From the human T2T-CHM13v2.0 reference genome, Homo sapiens, in the NCBI RefSeq assembly GCF_009914755.1, contig NC_060929.1: a stretch of 64,000 nt of DNA; one strand, given 5' to 3'. The number at the start of each line of letters is the position of its first letter. Position 1 is the stretch's first letter. Positions 15,706 to 30,185 of the stretch are shown piece by piece. The notes under the pieces are model-generated. The model was not told the DNA's origin. It worked only from the letters and a program-made list of their open reading frames with translations, and did no database searches. Made by a program: the position numbers and the translations under genes.

Positions 15706-16206
15706 AGTTTCAAAAAACTGCAATTTTCAGGGGTAAGAAAGTGAAGAGGAGAGGAAGGAAGGAGGGTGAAAGGGAAATATGAGGAGAAAATGAAGGCAAA
15801 GTTGGTCACAATGGGGAATGTAAAATGGTCCCCTGTACCTGTTTACGGCCCGTGAAGCACAGGCACATAAATGTACAGACAGTTGCTTAATCTCATGTTT
15901 GCATGAGGGAATTTGCTGAGGAGGAGGTGAGGCTCTCGTGAAACAAGATCCATGTGAAAATCACAAGCATATAGGATATTACTCATAAAGCCACCAATGT
16001 CTGGTTACCCCACATCTCCTCATATTTTCTGTTCTTGCTGCAGAGAGGAGAGTCTGAGTAGATGGGGAGGGCCTGGGGTCAAGCCCTGGCTTGGATGACT
16101 CTGGGTGAATCACAGCACTTGTTGGCAATTGAGAGCGTGGTCTCACTTCCTAGAGACATGATGAAAATTCATGCAGATGCTTTACATCTTTTAAAATAGT
16201 CATCCT

Positions 16207-16505
16207 AGCCTGGTGCAATGGCTTAGGCCTGCAATCCGAGCACTTTGAAAGACTGAAGTGAGAGGATTGCTTGAGCCCGGGAGTTCGAGACCAACTTGAG
16301 CAACATAGTAAAACCCCATGTCTACAAAAGTTAAAAAAGAAAAATAGCTAGGCATGGTGGCATGTGCCTATAGTTCCAGCTACTCAGGAGGCTGAGGTGG
16401 GAGAATTATTTGAGCCTTGGAGGTCAAGGCTGCAGTGAACCATGATCACACCACTGTACTCCAACCTAGGTGACAGAGGGAGACCCTGTCTCAAAAAAGA
16501 AAAAA
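16207..16505 (+). mobile_element. AluJ
   Basis: Diverged dimer with gaggtcaaggctgcagtga. Confidence 0.9.
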
Positions 16506-16853
16506 TAGAAATCATCCTTGGGCATCTGTAAATTGAAGTCACACTCTATTTTGATTGCTTTCCTTTGGTTTTTAAAAATATTGAAGCTGAGATAGCATGT
16601 CATGTTGAAATTGTGTATAGTCGGGTTTCATTATCCACGAATTTCATTTCAAAACAAAAAGGAGCATTACAAAATATTGGCTATGAAAATGGGCATTGAC
16701 TCAGGGTGAGAACCTGTGTGTCAAAAACATGCCTCATCTCTAAGACCTCACCCAGGTCTAACATTCCAGAATCCCAGGCAGCAGCCTTTGGAGCTCAAGT
16801 CTTACCCTCTCGCTGATCCTCTACTGACCCACGTCCCCCTGGTTTCCACTTAC

Positions 16854-16941
16854 GGCTCAGGAAAGGATGCATCTCAAGGATCCTGGGAGCGGAAGTGACC
16901 AGGCACAAGGGTCTCAGCAAATGTCTCCAGATTAGAGTCAT
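16854..16941 (-). CDS. AGXT2: AGXT2 exon 1 coding part (88 nt; MTLIWRHLLRPLCLVTSAPRILEMHPFLS), mitochondrial targeting peptide
   Basis: ATG at 16941 in gaaATGa context, gtaagt donor; Arg/Leu-rich, acid-poor N-terminus. Confidence 0.97.
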
Positions 16942-17008
16942 TTCTCCCACTCAGAAAGCCAACCCCCATGGAAGCAGATTGGAGGCCGGGCTCTAACTGC
17001 TCACTATC

Positions 17009-17290
17009 CTGCTGGACTTTGAGATTAAGATGGGGAGGAGGCGCTAAAAGGGGAATCCTGGAGTGGTGACTGCCCATGGCTTCAGGCAAGCCCCAGAGCT
17101 CTCTATTTCTAGTAACAGTGCCTTCAAGGGGGAGAAAAAGAGAGTGAGGAAAAGAGATAGAATGAAAATAGGAAGGAGAGAGAGAAGAGGAGAGAAAAGA
17201 AAGGAAAAGAAGAGAACAGAAGGGAAGAGGAAAGAAAGCAGGCAGATAAAGCAAAGGTCATCTGACAAGTTCTGTTAGTTTAATATTCCA
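17009..17290 (-). promoter_or_regulatory. AGXT2 proximal promoter with HNF4A-type sites
   Basis: CAAAGTCCA on the minus strand at 17013-17021; DR1-like AAAGCAAAGGTCA at 17248-17260 overlapping AGATAA; purine tract 17130-17250. HNF4A is a known AGXT2 regulator. Confidence 0.7.
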
Positions 17291-18335
17291 TCGGAGTTTC
17301 ATCCGGGTACACTTTTCTCTGCAGGAGGGTGGTGCTGGGTGTGGGAGAAGGATCAGGACATGGTTGAAGGGGTCGGAGATTGTGAAACGAGGTATGTGAC
17401 TAAGAGAGGAAAAAGGAAGATATGCATGAAGTGAATGAACAAATAAATTGGTTTTGGGGGTCTTAGAGAAAGAGAGGAGAAAACAATGGGGAAGGAGCCA
17501 TTCCAAAGAAAAGCTGAGAGTACCAAATAGCTAGGTAAGGTTCTGGACAGCTGTGGATCATCTTATGTGTCTGAGGAAGGCAAAAGGTTGAGAGCTAAGG
17601 AGTTAGTGTGCCTTATTTTCATTATTTCTTAAATTCCTATTTATCCCACTCCAGCCTCCCCTTACCTTCAATCCCCATAAGCAAGTATTTAGCATGCTTA
17701 TATATATCCTTTTGTTGGAACGCATTCTTGTAAAATGTGTATTGTTTAGGGTGAATGCAGTTTTAATTTATGTAAATATGTGTAATATGTCTTTTTTCTT
17801 TTCAGTTAGAACCATGTTTTTAAGATCCAACCAGGTTGCGAAGAGTACATCTCTTCTAGGTTTCCCACTGCTTCAGAATGGGGGACCACGTGCTTTACAT
17901 GGCAGTGCCTAAGGGGGACAGTGACAAAGCTGATTGCAACTAGGGGGTCGAGGGACTGGGGATGGGTAGATATCATTAATCTTGGGTCACCCTGTAAGGG
18001 AGACAACTGACTTGGCCACATCCTTCACAAACACCTGCATAACAACCTTTTACTCCAAATGCCCATAGGAGGTGAAGGCACTAGGTAAGCAGAGGGAGTA
18101 TGTTACATTCAATATAATTGTCCCTTTTTGTGTGGGTTTCCAGCTCCCAGTCAATTCTGCTTTGGGGGCAGTAGGGAGTGATCATATGAGCTGGCTGGTC
18201 ACGTGCTGCAGGAGTAATCCAAGTCAGTGAGGCCAGTGGACACACAGCATCTCCCTGGGGTGCACAGTCTGTCCTGTGGTTGGACAGAGGGGAGAAAATG
18301 TTGAGTTCCTGAATTCTGGTATATGCTCTTCAGCT

Positions 18336-18457
18336 CTACTGGACTGTGGTCAATGTTGCCTTTGTGAACACCGCAAGTCTTCCTTGACTTGAGATTTTTC
18401 TTGGTCTGTAAGATTTGAGATTTTTGTAATGAGAGGCACCCAACATCAAGGGGTCAC
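18336..18457 (-). CDS. PRLR: PRLR alternative terminal exon 11, read in two frames: S1a tail (G)DPLMLGASHYKNLKSYRPRKISSQGRLAVFTKATLTTVQ* and S1b tail VTP* (18446-18457)
   Basis: ctccag acceptor at 18458-18459; hand translation reproduces the known human short-isoform C-termini. Confidence 0.93.
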
Positions 18458-18932
18458 CTGGAGTGGGGAAGAAAAACAGTACATTCTGAATAACTTCTAG
18501 AGGGAAAGTGGGAGGTTATACCTCTTTTATTTAAAAAGAAAATAAATTATTCGGATTACCATAACATAATATGTACTTCTGTTAAACAAACTCAAGCCTA
18601 GAATTGCATAAAGAAGAAAGAAAAAGATCACAACAAACCTGACCATTATATTTCAGTAAATTTCCTTTCAGAAATCTTTCTCTACATGTGTCTATCTGTG
18701 TATACACATGCTGTTTCAGAAACTGAAAGTCTTCATATTTTTTGTTTAATAAGTTCCTTTTGATGGATAGCTGTATTTTCTCTAGCATCCTAGGACAGAG
18801 AATTTTCTGTACTTGACTAATTATTTTTTTCTTCAGATAAGTTCCTTGAAGAAGGATTCCTAGGTCAAAATGTGTGTACATTTTAAATGCATCTCAGTAA
18901 GATGACATCAATTTATAATTCAACTAAACTAA

Positions 18933-19350
<418 letters not shown>

Positions 19351-21519
19351 CTAGAACTTCATTCTCAGCCTAGGAGTCATTTGGAATATCAATCCAAGAT
19401 CCTACCCTACCTTCACAGATAAAACTCCAATTAAACAGATATTATTTCTGAGTTATAAGTGACACCTGCTGAGTCTCTCTTCTCTCTCCTTTGAGCAGAT
19501 CAGGTATAATATTCTCCATTTTACGTAAGACTAGAGAAGATGAAGAACTATCTCAGTTTGCACAAATGGTAAATAGCAGGGGAGAAGCCTTTCATCAAGT
19601 AGGAAAATATAGAAATTTCTCCTTGAAAAAAATACTTCACAAATGGGGAAACTTGGAAATTCTGTTGTCATGTTAGTAATTATCGGGGAGGATTTTTGCA
19701 CACAGGTTCACCAGTGATTTATCAGTTAAGTCCTGAGTGTAACTGAACTTTGCTCTGCCCCAGGCCTCTGTCAATAATAGAGTCCAGTAAGGCTCTGAAG
19801 ATAATTAACAGCTTTTCCAAAGTAATTCTTTCCCTCTCTTAACTAATTTAGGAGTTGTGAAATTGAAGGAAAGGAAAATTGTTTTGGAAGGATTTCAGAT
19901 AAATTTATACAATTTACATGAAACTTCATATTACAGGTGTTCCATTTCACAGTTAATGGATTATGAAGAATGCTGTGTGCAGAGTGTTCAGACTGAGGTG
20001 CAGAGATTAGCAGATGTGTAAGAAGAGAATAACTGCTTAAAGATGCGGCTCAGATACTGTAACCCTTAGAATTTCATGGAAAACTGATTTTCTTGAAAAA
20101 TAATGCAAGGTCAAAGTCCTTTTGTTTATTTATTAGGACTCTTTGAACATGTCTCATCGGAATTATTGGACTTACTGTGTTTTAGGAAGTAACATTCTGG
20201 AGAAAGCTAGGGACACATGGATTACCTTAGCCTTCCCACTAGACTGTAATCCCCAAGAGGCTGGAGAGCACATCCGTACTGCTAACTGCATACCTGGCAC
20301 AGTGCCTGGCATACAGTGTTCAAGTATTATTCAATAATGTATGTGGTAGAATGATTGACAGATAATTTATGTGGGGAAGATTTGTGTTTAAATGGGAGAT
20401 CCTGAAAATACAACTCAATCTCTTTTTGGTAAAATGTATGGCAAAATCTTTTTGAGCATAGGCCCTTCTCTCAGCAGTTGGGATTTTCTAGTTGTTCATT
20501 CTCTTGAACTTTACAATCAAGGCTTAATTATTGTTTTCAATCACAGTGAGATGAGAATCCTTAGAGTCTGGTTCACTATGACTGGGATTGTTCCTGTATG
20601 GGGGAAGAGCTATTCCCAAGCTTAGGGCTCTCAGTTACAGTGAATTATCTCACAAGGATCTTTAATTACAAGGACCTTTAATTATATCCTGTTACTATAG
20701 TGATTATTACAGAATTGGCTGATTTAAATAATTCAAATTGCAAAAGAAAAATGAAGGAAGGGTGCATCAAATGAGAAGGAGAGAACTGTTTAGCCACCAA
20801 AAGGAAAATATTCTCAACCAGAAGAAAACAAAATCTAGCTTATGCTGTTTTTAAAAGACACACCTAAAACATAATGACACAGAACAATTAGGAAGTAAAG
20901 GAATGAAAAGAAACTTACCAGAGAATTACCACTCCCAGGAAAATCCAAATTAGCAATATCAGTATCAGAAAAAATAGGTTTTAAGACAAACGTGACCATT
21001 ATAAATAAAGGGGATTGTATGTAACAATGAAAAGAATAATTTATTTGGAGGATTGAACATTTAAATCTATATACGCCCAATAATACAGCTTCAAAATATA
21101 TAAAGCAAAAACTGATAGAATTATAATAAATAGAAACTTACTTAATCCTAGAAGATTTTAACTTACTTATAAATCACCTCCAAAAACGATATCTTAAGCA
21201 GCAAAAAAGATGAACCTCATTAATGCAAAAATCCTAAATAAAAGTTTAGCAAATTGAACCTAATAATGTTTGCAAAAATACTTCATGTATAAGTGAGGTT
21301 CATCTCAAGAATGCAAGGGTACTTTAACCTTAAAATATACTCTCTAAAATAATTTTCTGTAATAAGTTACACATTAATTAACAGAGAAAAGCCATGTGAA
21401 CATATCAATAGATGTAGAAAAAAATTTGAGAAGTTTTAAAATCAGTTAAGACAAAAAATTGTTAGCAAACTAGAAATATAAAGGCATATCTTTCACATAA
21501 CTAAGGGTATCTGAAAAAT

Positions 21520-22121
21520 TGTAGGGGCCCAGCAGCAGTTCTGTTTGACCTGCTGCCCTCCTGTCTGGTCCCTCATTCTCTCCAGAGCCTGGCCATAGAA
21601 ACTGGAATCTCACTTCCCCAAGGCAGGTCATGGAAACTGGAACCCTCTTGCCCCAAAGTCAGCTTTACAGTCTAAAAATATTACTATAACTTTACACCAG
21701 ACTTTCTGTGTAAAAACCGACTGTAGATAACCTGACCTATCTTGTTTGACTGTAGGTCATAAGACCCCCTTTCCAGAGAGGGTCCTGCCCCATACCCAGA
21801 AGGAAGGAATGGTGAGAGGCATTCCTACACAGAGAGGCTAAGAAAAATCTAGACAGACAGGCCTTGCTAGGTTTTCTCACTCAGTCTGTCGGCATTAGGT
21901 CCAATCATTTTCCTACAAGGCTGTCCGTACTTTGTTGAAACTAAGCATAAAAATGGACAGTTTCCTCTGTATCTTTGGGTCTTCATTCTGAAGGCTCCCA
22001 TGTCACATAAAACTATAATCAAATAAATTTGTATGCCTTTTCTCCTATTAATTCAACTTTTGTCAGTGACTTTTAGTGAACCCTCGGAGGGCAAAATGGC
22101 AGCTTTCCTTTCCCCTCTACA
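21520..22121 (+). mobile_element. Solo ERV1-class LTR (MER39/MER34-like)
   Basis: TGTAGGGG...CCCCTCTACA termini, AATAAA at ~22022, 3' end gaaccctcggagggcaaa...tttcctt; subfamily from memory. Confidence 0.65.
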
Positions 22122-23422
22122 ACACCTACATGATGCCTTATATGTAATAGTGAACTTTTCATAGCATTCTCACTAAAGTCAGGAAGAAGAAAGGATGCCC
22201 ATAACACGTTTCTATTTAACACTGTCCTGGAAGCCCAATAAAATAGATCAAGAAAGAGACATAAGAGGTATAAAGACTGGAAAAGAAGAAACAGTGTTGT
22301 TAGCTTGTGGTGATACCGTTGTAAAAATTGAAAATCCAAGAAAACCTACAAATTATAAGAATGTTAATTAGAGTTCAGTAAGGTTACAGAATGCAAGATC
22401 AGTATTAAAACATCAGTGGGACTGGGCATGGTGGCTCACGCCTGTAATCTCAGCACTTTGGGAGGCCGAGGCCGGCGGATCACCTGAGGTCAGGAATTTG
22501 AGACCAACCTGCACAACATGGCAAAACCTCGTCTCTACTAAAAATGCCAAAATTAGCTGGGTGTGGTGGTGTGGGCCTGTAATCCTAGCTACTCGGGAGG
22601 CTGAGGCAGGAGAATCACTTAAACACGGGAGGTGGAGGTTGTAATGAGAGGGTACCTAGGGATGAATCTAATAAAACATATGCAAACATTTATAAAGAAT
22701 AATGTAAAGTTTTATTGAAGCCCAATGTAAAGGAAATGATATACCATGTTCAAGATTAGGAGGCACAATATTATAAAGATGTAACTTCTGGCATTAAAAC
22801 ATAAATTCAATCTAGCTCCCAACACAATTTTTTAGGAGACCCGATAGGCTCATCTGAAAATTCATATGATGAGTAAATGGCCAAGAATGGCCACAACAAT
22901 TTTGAAGAAGGGTATGGTGGTGTGAGAATTAATATACCAGATAACAAGACTTTGTATAAAATATGGTAATAAAACAGTGGAGCACCAGGACAGGAATAGA
23001 TACACAGAAAAATGGGCCAGAAAAGCCTGGACTAACATTTGGGCATATGTAGACACTCAGAAGATGACAAAGATGGCATAAAAGATAAGCAGGAAAAGGA
23101 TGAGTTACTCAGATACAAATGGATTCATCAGGGAAATAAAAAGTAAAATAACAATGCATCATTTTATGCTCATTGAATTGTCAAACATTAAAATATCTGA
23201 CTGCATCAGGTAGTGATAAAGATGACGAGAAATGGAAATACTACACTGATGGCAAGGGTACACATCAGTAAAACTGCTTTGGAGAGGAAGCAATTTGTCA
23301 GCATCTAGGAAATATTAAGATATGCATTTTACATGACCCAACAATTCCACCTCTAGGTGTATATTTTGGAGAAACTTTTGCACATATTCCAGTGAGACTG
23401 GCATAGGAATGCTCATTGCATA

Positions 23423-23760
23423 GTCATTTATGGCAGTGAAAATCAAATGTTGCTAAATAGGGGGATTAATAAATAGTATATATGTGTAAAATTATAGCAG
23501 TGGTATACACACAACTTTTGTCATTTATGGCAATGAAAATTAAATGCTGATAAATAGGGAGATTAATAAATTATATGTATATATACAATTACAGCAGCTA
23601 TATGCATAAAGCAGTGAAAATTAGATGTTGATAAATAGGGAGATTAATAAACTGTATATGTGTATACAACCACAGCAGTTGTATGCATAAAGCAGTGAAA
23701 ATTAAATGTTGATGAATAGGGAGTTTAATAGATTGTATAGATGTATAAAACTAAGCAGCT
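23423..23760 (+). repeat. Tandem repeat, 4 copies of an ~81 bp unit
   Basis: gcagtgaaaattaaatgttgataaatagggagattaataaa recurs at about 23433, 23530, 23611 and 23692. Confidence 0.9.
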
Positions 23761-24719
23761 GGAGCTATTTGTATCTCAAAAACCCAATGCCGAATGAAAG
23801 AAAATCAAAGTGCATAAAGATATCTGCTATTTTTTATGCAAAACTCATAAATACCAAAGTAATTGGTCATATTATTTAGGGATAGATAAATATGAGGTGA
23901 ATGCATTTTAAAAATAGCTGGGAAGGATATGTAATAACTTTAGGATTGTAGTTACTGCTGAAGAGAGAGGTAGAGAATTTGGTTGTTGAGGGATGTAAAT
24001 ACAGCATCTGTGATATTAAATGAATCTTTGTTAAAGAAAGGAACAGACAAGGCAAAATATGAATATTTAAAGATTTGGATGTGGGTAAATGAGCCTTTGT
24101 TATGTTTTTCTATATATGTTCAAGTATTTGTGAAATATTTTATGCAATAAATAAAAGATCACAAATGGATGATGAACTCACAGCTGGTTTTAAGTAAAGA
24201 CTGAATAATTCCAGTCAGGAAAACACGAACAAAAGAAAATGTGAAACTTTGGTCCTGAGATTTGTGGCTTGTTAAATGAAAGTTGATCATATCTCAGGTT
24301 TGGAAACATGGGAAAGTTGATCGAATCTCAGGTTTGGAAACTCTCCTTTTGATTGTTCTTTGTTGTTCCCAAGAGAAGTTCCAAGAAACTTCTGGGTGCT
24401 TCCAAGCATGCTTGCATTTTTAAGGCTCGAGTCTGGCAGATGAATAAAGACTGGGGAAATGTGTGTTCAGTTTTGATTTAGAATTAGTAGGAAAATAAAC
24501 TCAGAGGTGTTCAAAGATGAGCACAAAAATTTCTGCCTGAAAAAAATGCCATGGGTGAGTGTCCTAAGATAAATGTTTTCGCATATGTCTGCATACTTTA
24601 TTTCCGGAGTTAAAATGCAGTTCCCCCTCCTTCTTTAAAAAAATCTATTCTAATAAATTTTGTTGTGGCAAAGAAAAAAAACTTGTTTCAAGTTAAATTT
24701 TTCATGTAATGCATGTTTC

Positions 24720-24771
24720 ACATACATATATAAAGACCCTCCAAAAACCATTGCTCAGGTAATAATTTATT
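24720..24771 (-). terminator. Distal PRLR polyadenylation signal and U/GU-rich downstream element
   Basis: Plus-strand tttatt at 24766-24771 = AATAAA, followed on the minus strand by tggtttttgg...tatatgtatgtg. Confidence 0.7.
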
Positions 24772-27700
24772 AAGTCAATTTAAACTAAACATTACTACCA
24801 TTGCAAAAGCATTTGCTCTGAAAAGGGACTGAAAAATGCATCATAAAGTTACATAGTTCAGCAACAATATCAATATTGATTATATAAAGTAAAACTACTG
24901 GCAAACGTCATTTAAGCTTACCCTGTAATTTTTAATAACTTTATAAGGAGCAAATGTGTCACCTTAAAAATGTACCAGTGGCATTTACAAATTCCTTCAA
25001 ACTCATTTACAAATACAGTAATAAAAATTCCTGAGCTCCCTTTTCTTACACCAGTATTCACCAATCAACATCCATGCGGTGTTTTATTTGACCCACATCC
25101 TCTTTCCTTTTCTTAAGAAAATATTTTATCACATTCGTAAAAGTATCTGTGCTTCAAGTCAGTTTGTAAGTATCTGTTTTTAATGTGAACCTGATGATAA
25201 CAAGAGAAAAATGCTTAACATTAGCAGGGGCAGCAGGAATTGAGGGGTGGTGTGGGGGACAGTGGAGGAGATGTAAATACAAGAATTCCAGTTTAGGTGT
25301 TGGGACTTCCAAGGTAGAATACATCTGACAATATCAAAAACAGACTCAGTTTCATCTGCATAGTTTCGAGGGACTTTCAAAGGTGAAGCCAGCAGGAATT
25401 ACTCTGCATATTCTGGCCAGGAAGGTCCCTGGTGGGGGCTTTTCAATAATTCTATTTCTTATCCTTCTCCCTAGTCCCCCCACTGCTCCCTTACCCCAAG
25501 ATTTCAAAGTTTCTATTAAATGGAAGTTGCATCTTCCAGCCCCAAAGAAACTGGGGAGATTTAGAATGTATAAAACTTGATTAGCAAGTTGTAGGAAACC
25601 TGACAAAGTTAAGGTGTCAGATGGGATTCTGGCAAGATGTGGCAATATTTAATTTCTGTTTTCTTTCCGGAAAGTATATTCAATGCTTTTGAAAAATTAG
25701 CTACATATTACTTCTCCAGCTCATCATTAATTGTATAGAACCTGTGTCTGGTGACTGAGACTTCAAATTTTGCACCTTAAAAATATAAGAGGGCCCAAGA
25801 ATTAAAGGCAGTTGGCTTCAATATAAGCACAGGAGAGCCAGCGTTTCTGTGACTGAAGCCAAGTTTTTTAGAGCATGATACTCAAGTAAGAAAGAAATTT
25901 CTCATTCTTCTGTAAGACATGGAATTAGAGAATTAAGAGGAGGCAGAGAAGAACTTGGAAAGCAAAACCACACACCATTTCACAATTCTGGAACACGGAC
26001 ATGAACAGTAAGTGAAACTTTCTAGGTTTAGATCCATTAAAAGATTATCCATTTACACTTCATCTGATGGATTTTGTCAGAAAAGATGTTGTTAATAATA
26101 TGGATAAATAATAACTGTTCAAAAGGATTCCCCACTTAAAAAAATGCTTTGGTTCTTCCTTTATTTCACAATATTTAAATAAGCTTCTCTTATTGGATCT
26201 CCTTGTATCTGGTTCCATCTCCCCTCATTTTTCTCAGCCTCCCATGTTATAGGGATGAGGTAAAGGAGGGAAATTTTGTCTTGCAATCATAGGAAGGGTG
26301 GACATAAAGGGGAAGAATTTTTTTTGTCCAACTTACATAAACAATGTCCTGATTATAGATCTTTTGGTAACAAGAAATGTCCAAAAAATTGCTTCAGCCA
26401 TGAATGTGTTATTTTGCTCATCTCCATTTCAAATAAAAAAATAGAGCAAGAGTAGGTAAGGGAATTAAACATTTATTAAGCCAGGCACTGAGCTGGGTAT
26501 TTTCAATAATGATGTGAATAGAAATATAACTAACATATTATATTGGGATGTCTAAGATTTTGTTTGGCAGGCATTGGTTTTGGCATGCAGTAAAAATGAA
26601 GATGTTATGATAATAGCAGTTAGTGTTATCTCCAATACTATTGACAAAGATTTAACTACCCATGTTGTCCCCTCAAAATAGGAGGAGATAAATGAATAAA
26701 ACCATGGAAAACAGAGAGCACAATGTGCCATAAGCAAAGATTTACAGAATGAAAAATGCAAAATAACAAATCAGATAACTATAGTCTTCTATAAATCTTT
26801 AAGTCTAAAAAAATAGACATTACAATAACTACATATAGAAATGAGTTTTTAAAATCAAAATAAGATAATTTCTGGTAAATGGCTGACTTTTCCCATATCA
26901 TACTATGTTTGATGACTAAAATCAAATAAGGAAAAGGGTTATTTCTAGGGGGGTTACAGAAGTCAATTTGTAAGAGATATCATTATCATGGCTTTGGACA
27001 ACTATGAGGTGACTTATAGTTAGGAAAAAATCTGCACTCTATGGTTTTGTTGGTTTTTCATATGATGACTTACTAAGTATTCTTTCTGAATCTTTCTTGC
27101 AGCCGGTTTTTATAAAATATAAACATGTAAGAATGGTTATTCAGAAACTCTTGCATAACCCTACAAAGTGATGAATTAGAAGGTGTTAAAAAAAAAACCC
27201 AGCAACTTAATTATAAAACAATTACTTCTAATTTCTCACTTAGTGTTGGGGAATTTTGCTTGGCATTTTCTAGGGAAAGAGGAAAAGCAGAGGTAGTGGT
27301 AGCTTTGAAAATGTGGAACCTTATGCTATTATGTATAACTTCACTTCAATATGGCTTTACAGAAGACACAGTCACCCAACAGGCTGGTTCTAGATTGCTT
27401 TGGTTTCCACATGAGACTTTTCAATTGTTTAAAATGAACGATGAAGCACAAAATCCAGCCTCATTATGCAAAGAACACTTGAGAAGTGTCAGCAGTCACA
27501 TGAAACAAAGCCGAGAGGCTGACTTTCAAACAACTGTTGGATTGTACTTTAAATGTGTAACACCCCAGAGCAGCTGTACAATGAATGACATAGAATCTTT
27601 CTTCTAGACAAAGATTAGGAAAAAATTAGTACATTCACGCTTTCAACAGAAATACATTACATATTTTTTCAGTTTTGTTTTACAGTCATAGACACAATCA

Positions 27701-28888
27701 TATTGAAACTACATATGGATAAATTGTAAGTTATTAAGTAATGATTTTCATTTGTATTACATGATGAGTTTCACAACATGAGGATTACATATTTCAATAT
27801 GGCATATACTATTTTTGAACCACATAAAGCAATATAGTACAAAATAATGTAACAGTTACTGTAAAGTCAGTAATGCCACTTGGCAAATACATCAAATATG
27901 CCACCGAAAACCAGTCAAAGCATGAGACATGACATCTTTCATTTCTAAACTATAAGCAGCTTTGAAGGAAGGACATTAGGACACAAAAGGGAGGTAGTTA
28001 CTTTAAAAAATTCAAAATTAGCTTTTCAGGAATTTCATAAAACAAATTATTTTTCAGCGGTATCTTCGCCATATAGTTTTTCAGATAACGTGGAAAAAAG
28101 ATTTTTCCCCCAGGATTTGTGAAGTGTGCACAAAAAAACTCAGACTACATTTTGAGGTTTATCCAAGTGAAGCGTAATTTGACCATAACTATTAAAGGTT
28201 ATTTTTTATATTACTACTTCAGTTGCTGAAGGTTTTAGGGTTTTTTTCTTTTTAATCAGCAGCAAGCAGAATGTTAATTAATAGTCTAAGATGATCTGAG
28301 AGTTAATTAATAGACTAAGATTATCTGTGGTCTATTTATTGACCACACCTTATAAACAGGATAGGTTTTTCCTATTTTGAGACTTTACATGTCTCAGTAC
28401 TTTCTAAATTGAAATCAGAGCATTAAATCAAGGGAATTGATGTGGACAAAACAGCTGCCAGCATGATAGTGTTTGTGAATTATGTACCTCTCTTAGACAT
28501 AAACTCTTAGACATAAACTCATAAAATCTGTTCAGAACACTGAACAGATTTAGATTTACCATAGCCAATAAAATTTGGATTTAGTGGGTTAGTCTCAGCA
28601 TTTCATGGAATCCTGAGATGCCCAAATCTCTGGAAACTTCCTATTTCCTGTTTTACTATCTTTTTCCTTTTATCAAAATGGGTGCCATGAGGGTCCCAGA
28701 CCAAAACTCACCATCCTGAAAAACAAAAGTCTGGGGAGAGAACTCCTGTTTTATTTTCAGATGATATATTTGCTAATCATAGAATAAGTTCAGATCATAA
28801 TTATAAATAGGATTTCTCTGAAGCAATCAATCTGTATTTTTAAAGCTTCTCCTTCAGACCTCCAGTATCTAGTCATCGAAGTAACTTG

Positions 28889-29100
28889 GGTTTATTTATT
28901 GAGACAAGGTCTTGCTCTCTCACCCAGGCTGGAGTGCAGTGACACAATCACGGTTCACTGCAGCCTCGACCTCCTGGGCTCAAGCAATCCTCTGGCTTCA
29001 CCTTCCCAAGTGTCTAGGACTACAGGTACGTGTCACCATGGCTGGCTAATTTTTAAAATTTTTGTAGAGACTGGGTCTTACTATGTTGCGTAGGCTGGGC
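28889..29100 (-). mobile_element. Partial AluJ inside the PRLR 3' UTR
   Basis: Right arm plus part of the left arm. Confidence 0.88.
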
Positions 29101-30154
29101 ATGGATTTATTAATGGCTTTTGAATTAACTAAATAATTAATGAACATGGGCTTAATCTCTAAGTATGCAAATCTCTAAATGGGATATACTTGTGATCTTC
29201 AACTTGGCCTTGGATATCTGTGTGACTGATTTAACCTTTGACTCAGTCTTTTGCAGTGCCAAAGTCATTGTTGATGAATAATTTCATTTCTTGTGGATCC
29301 TATGGTTGCTACTAACTCTTAGGAAAATAGTAGGCTCTGGAGAAGGAGTAAAAACCCTACAAATATGTAAAGCCAGGAAGGAAAAGGAGAAGCAAGGATG
29401 TTAAATCAATCTGAGTTGGAGGAACAGATCTCTGTTTTTCTCTGAAGCGTTGTCACACAATCTCATGTGCTCACTGCTTCAGGCCAAGGGTGTGTCAGCA
29501 AGGCTTTCTTGCACTGCACCAGGGACACTGACCTGAAACCCTGGATTTTACCTAGATCATGAGAGGTCTTAGAAACCTTTTAGGCCAACCTACTTATTTA
29601 ACAAGTAAGGAACCTGATGGCCAGAGTTTAAAAGACTCATCCCAGGACATAGTGCCTACTTAGTCGTGGTGATGTGATTTAGTCTTGGACATTGAGTGCT
29701 CAGTCACTGTCTCAGTGACAGCATTATTGTGCTTGAGCCAAAAAGGAAGAAAAGGAAATTTGTTCACTCAAGAACACATGAGACTTTCGTCAATGGCACA
29801 TCTACGTTAGCAATGCTTGGGATGGTAATTCAAAGTCATTTATATTTTTCTGTTTGTGTACAAAGTTCCAATGTGCATGCATTGTTCTCTTCAGGTTTAG
29901 GCATGTAAGCCAATGACATTCAAAAATGTATCAATAAGTTTTGGTATGGAGAGTCTCAAATCACAGGGTGGCAGGTTTATCCCCAAATCACAGCCAGCCT
30001 CAATTTCTTATCAGGCAAAGTAAGTCACACTATTCACAACAGCTCTGTGTTGATTCAATTAAACAATACGTAAACATTCACTGAACATTGCTGGTTGGCC
30101 CTTAGACCATTTTGTTGTGCCCTTTCTGGCTTCTTCTCATCTCTCCATTCATAC

Positions 30155-30185
<31 letters not shown>

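Larger units (their letters stand above)
20750..24150 (+). mobile_element. Degraded L1M (ORF2 and 3' UTR relics) interrupted by an LTR and a truncated Alu (22420-22648)
   Basis: A-rich strand bias; recognisable L1 phrases such as gcaaaaatcctaaataaaagtttagcaaattgaa and gacccaacaattccacctctaggt. Confidence 0.75.
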
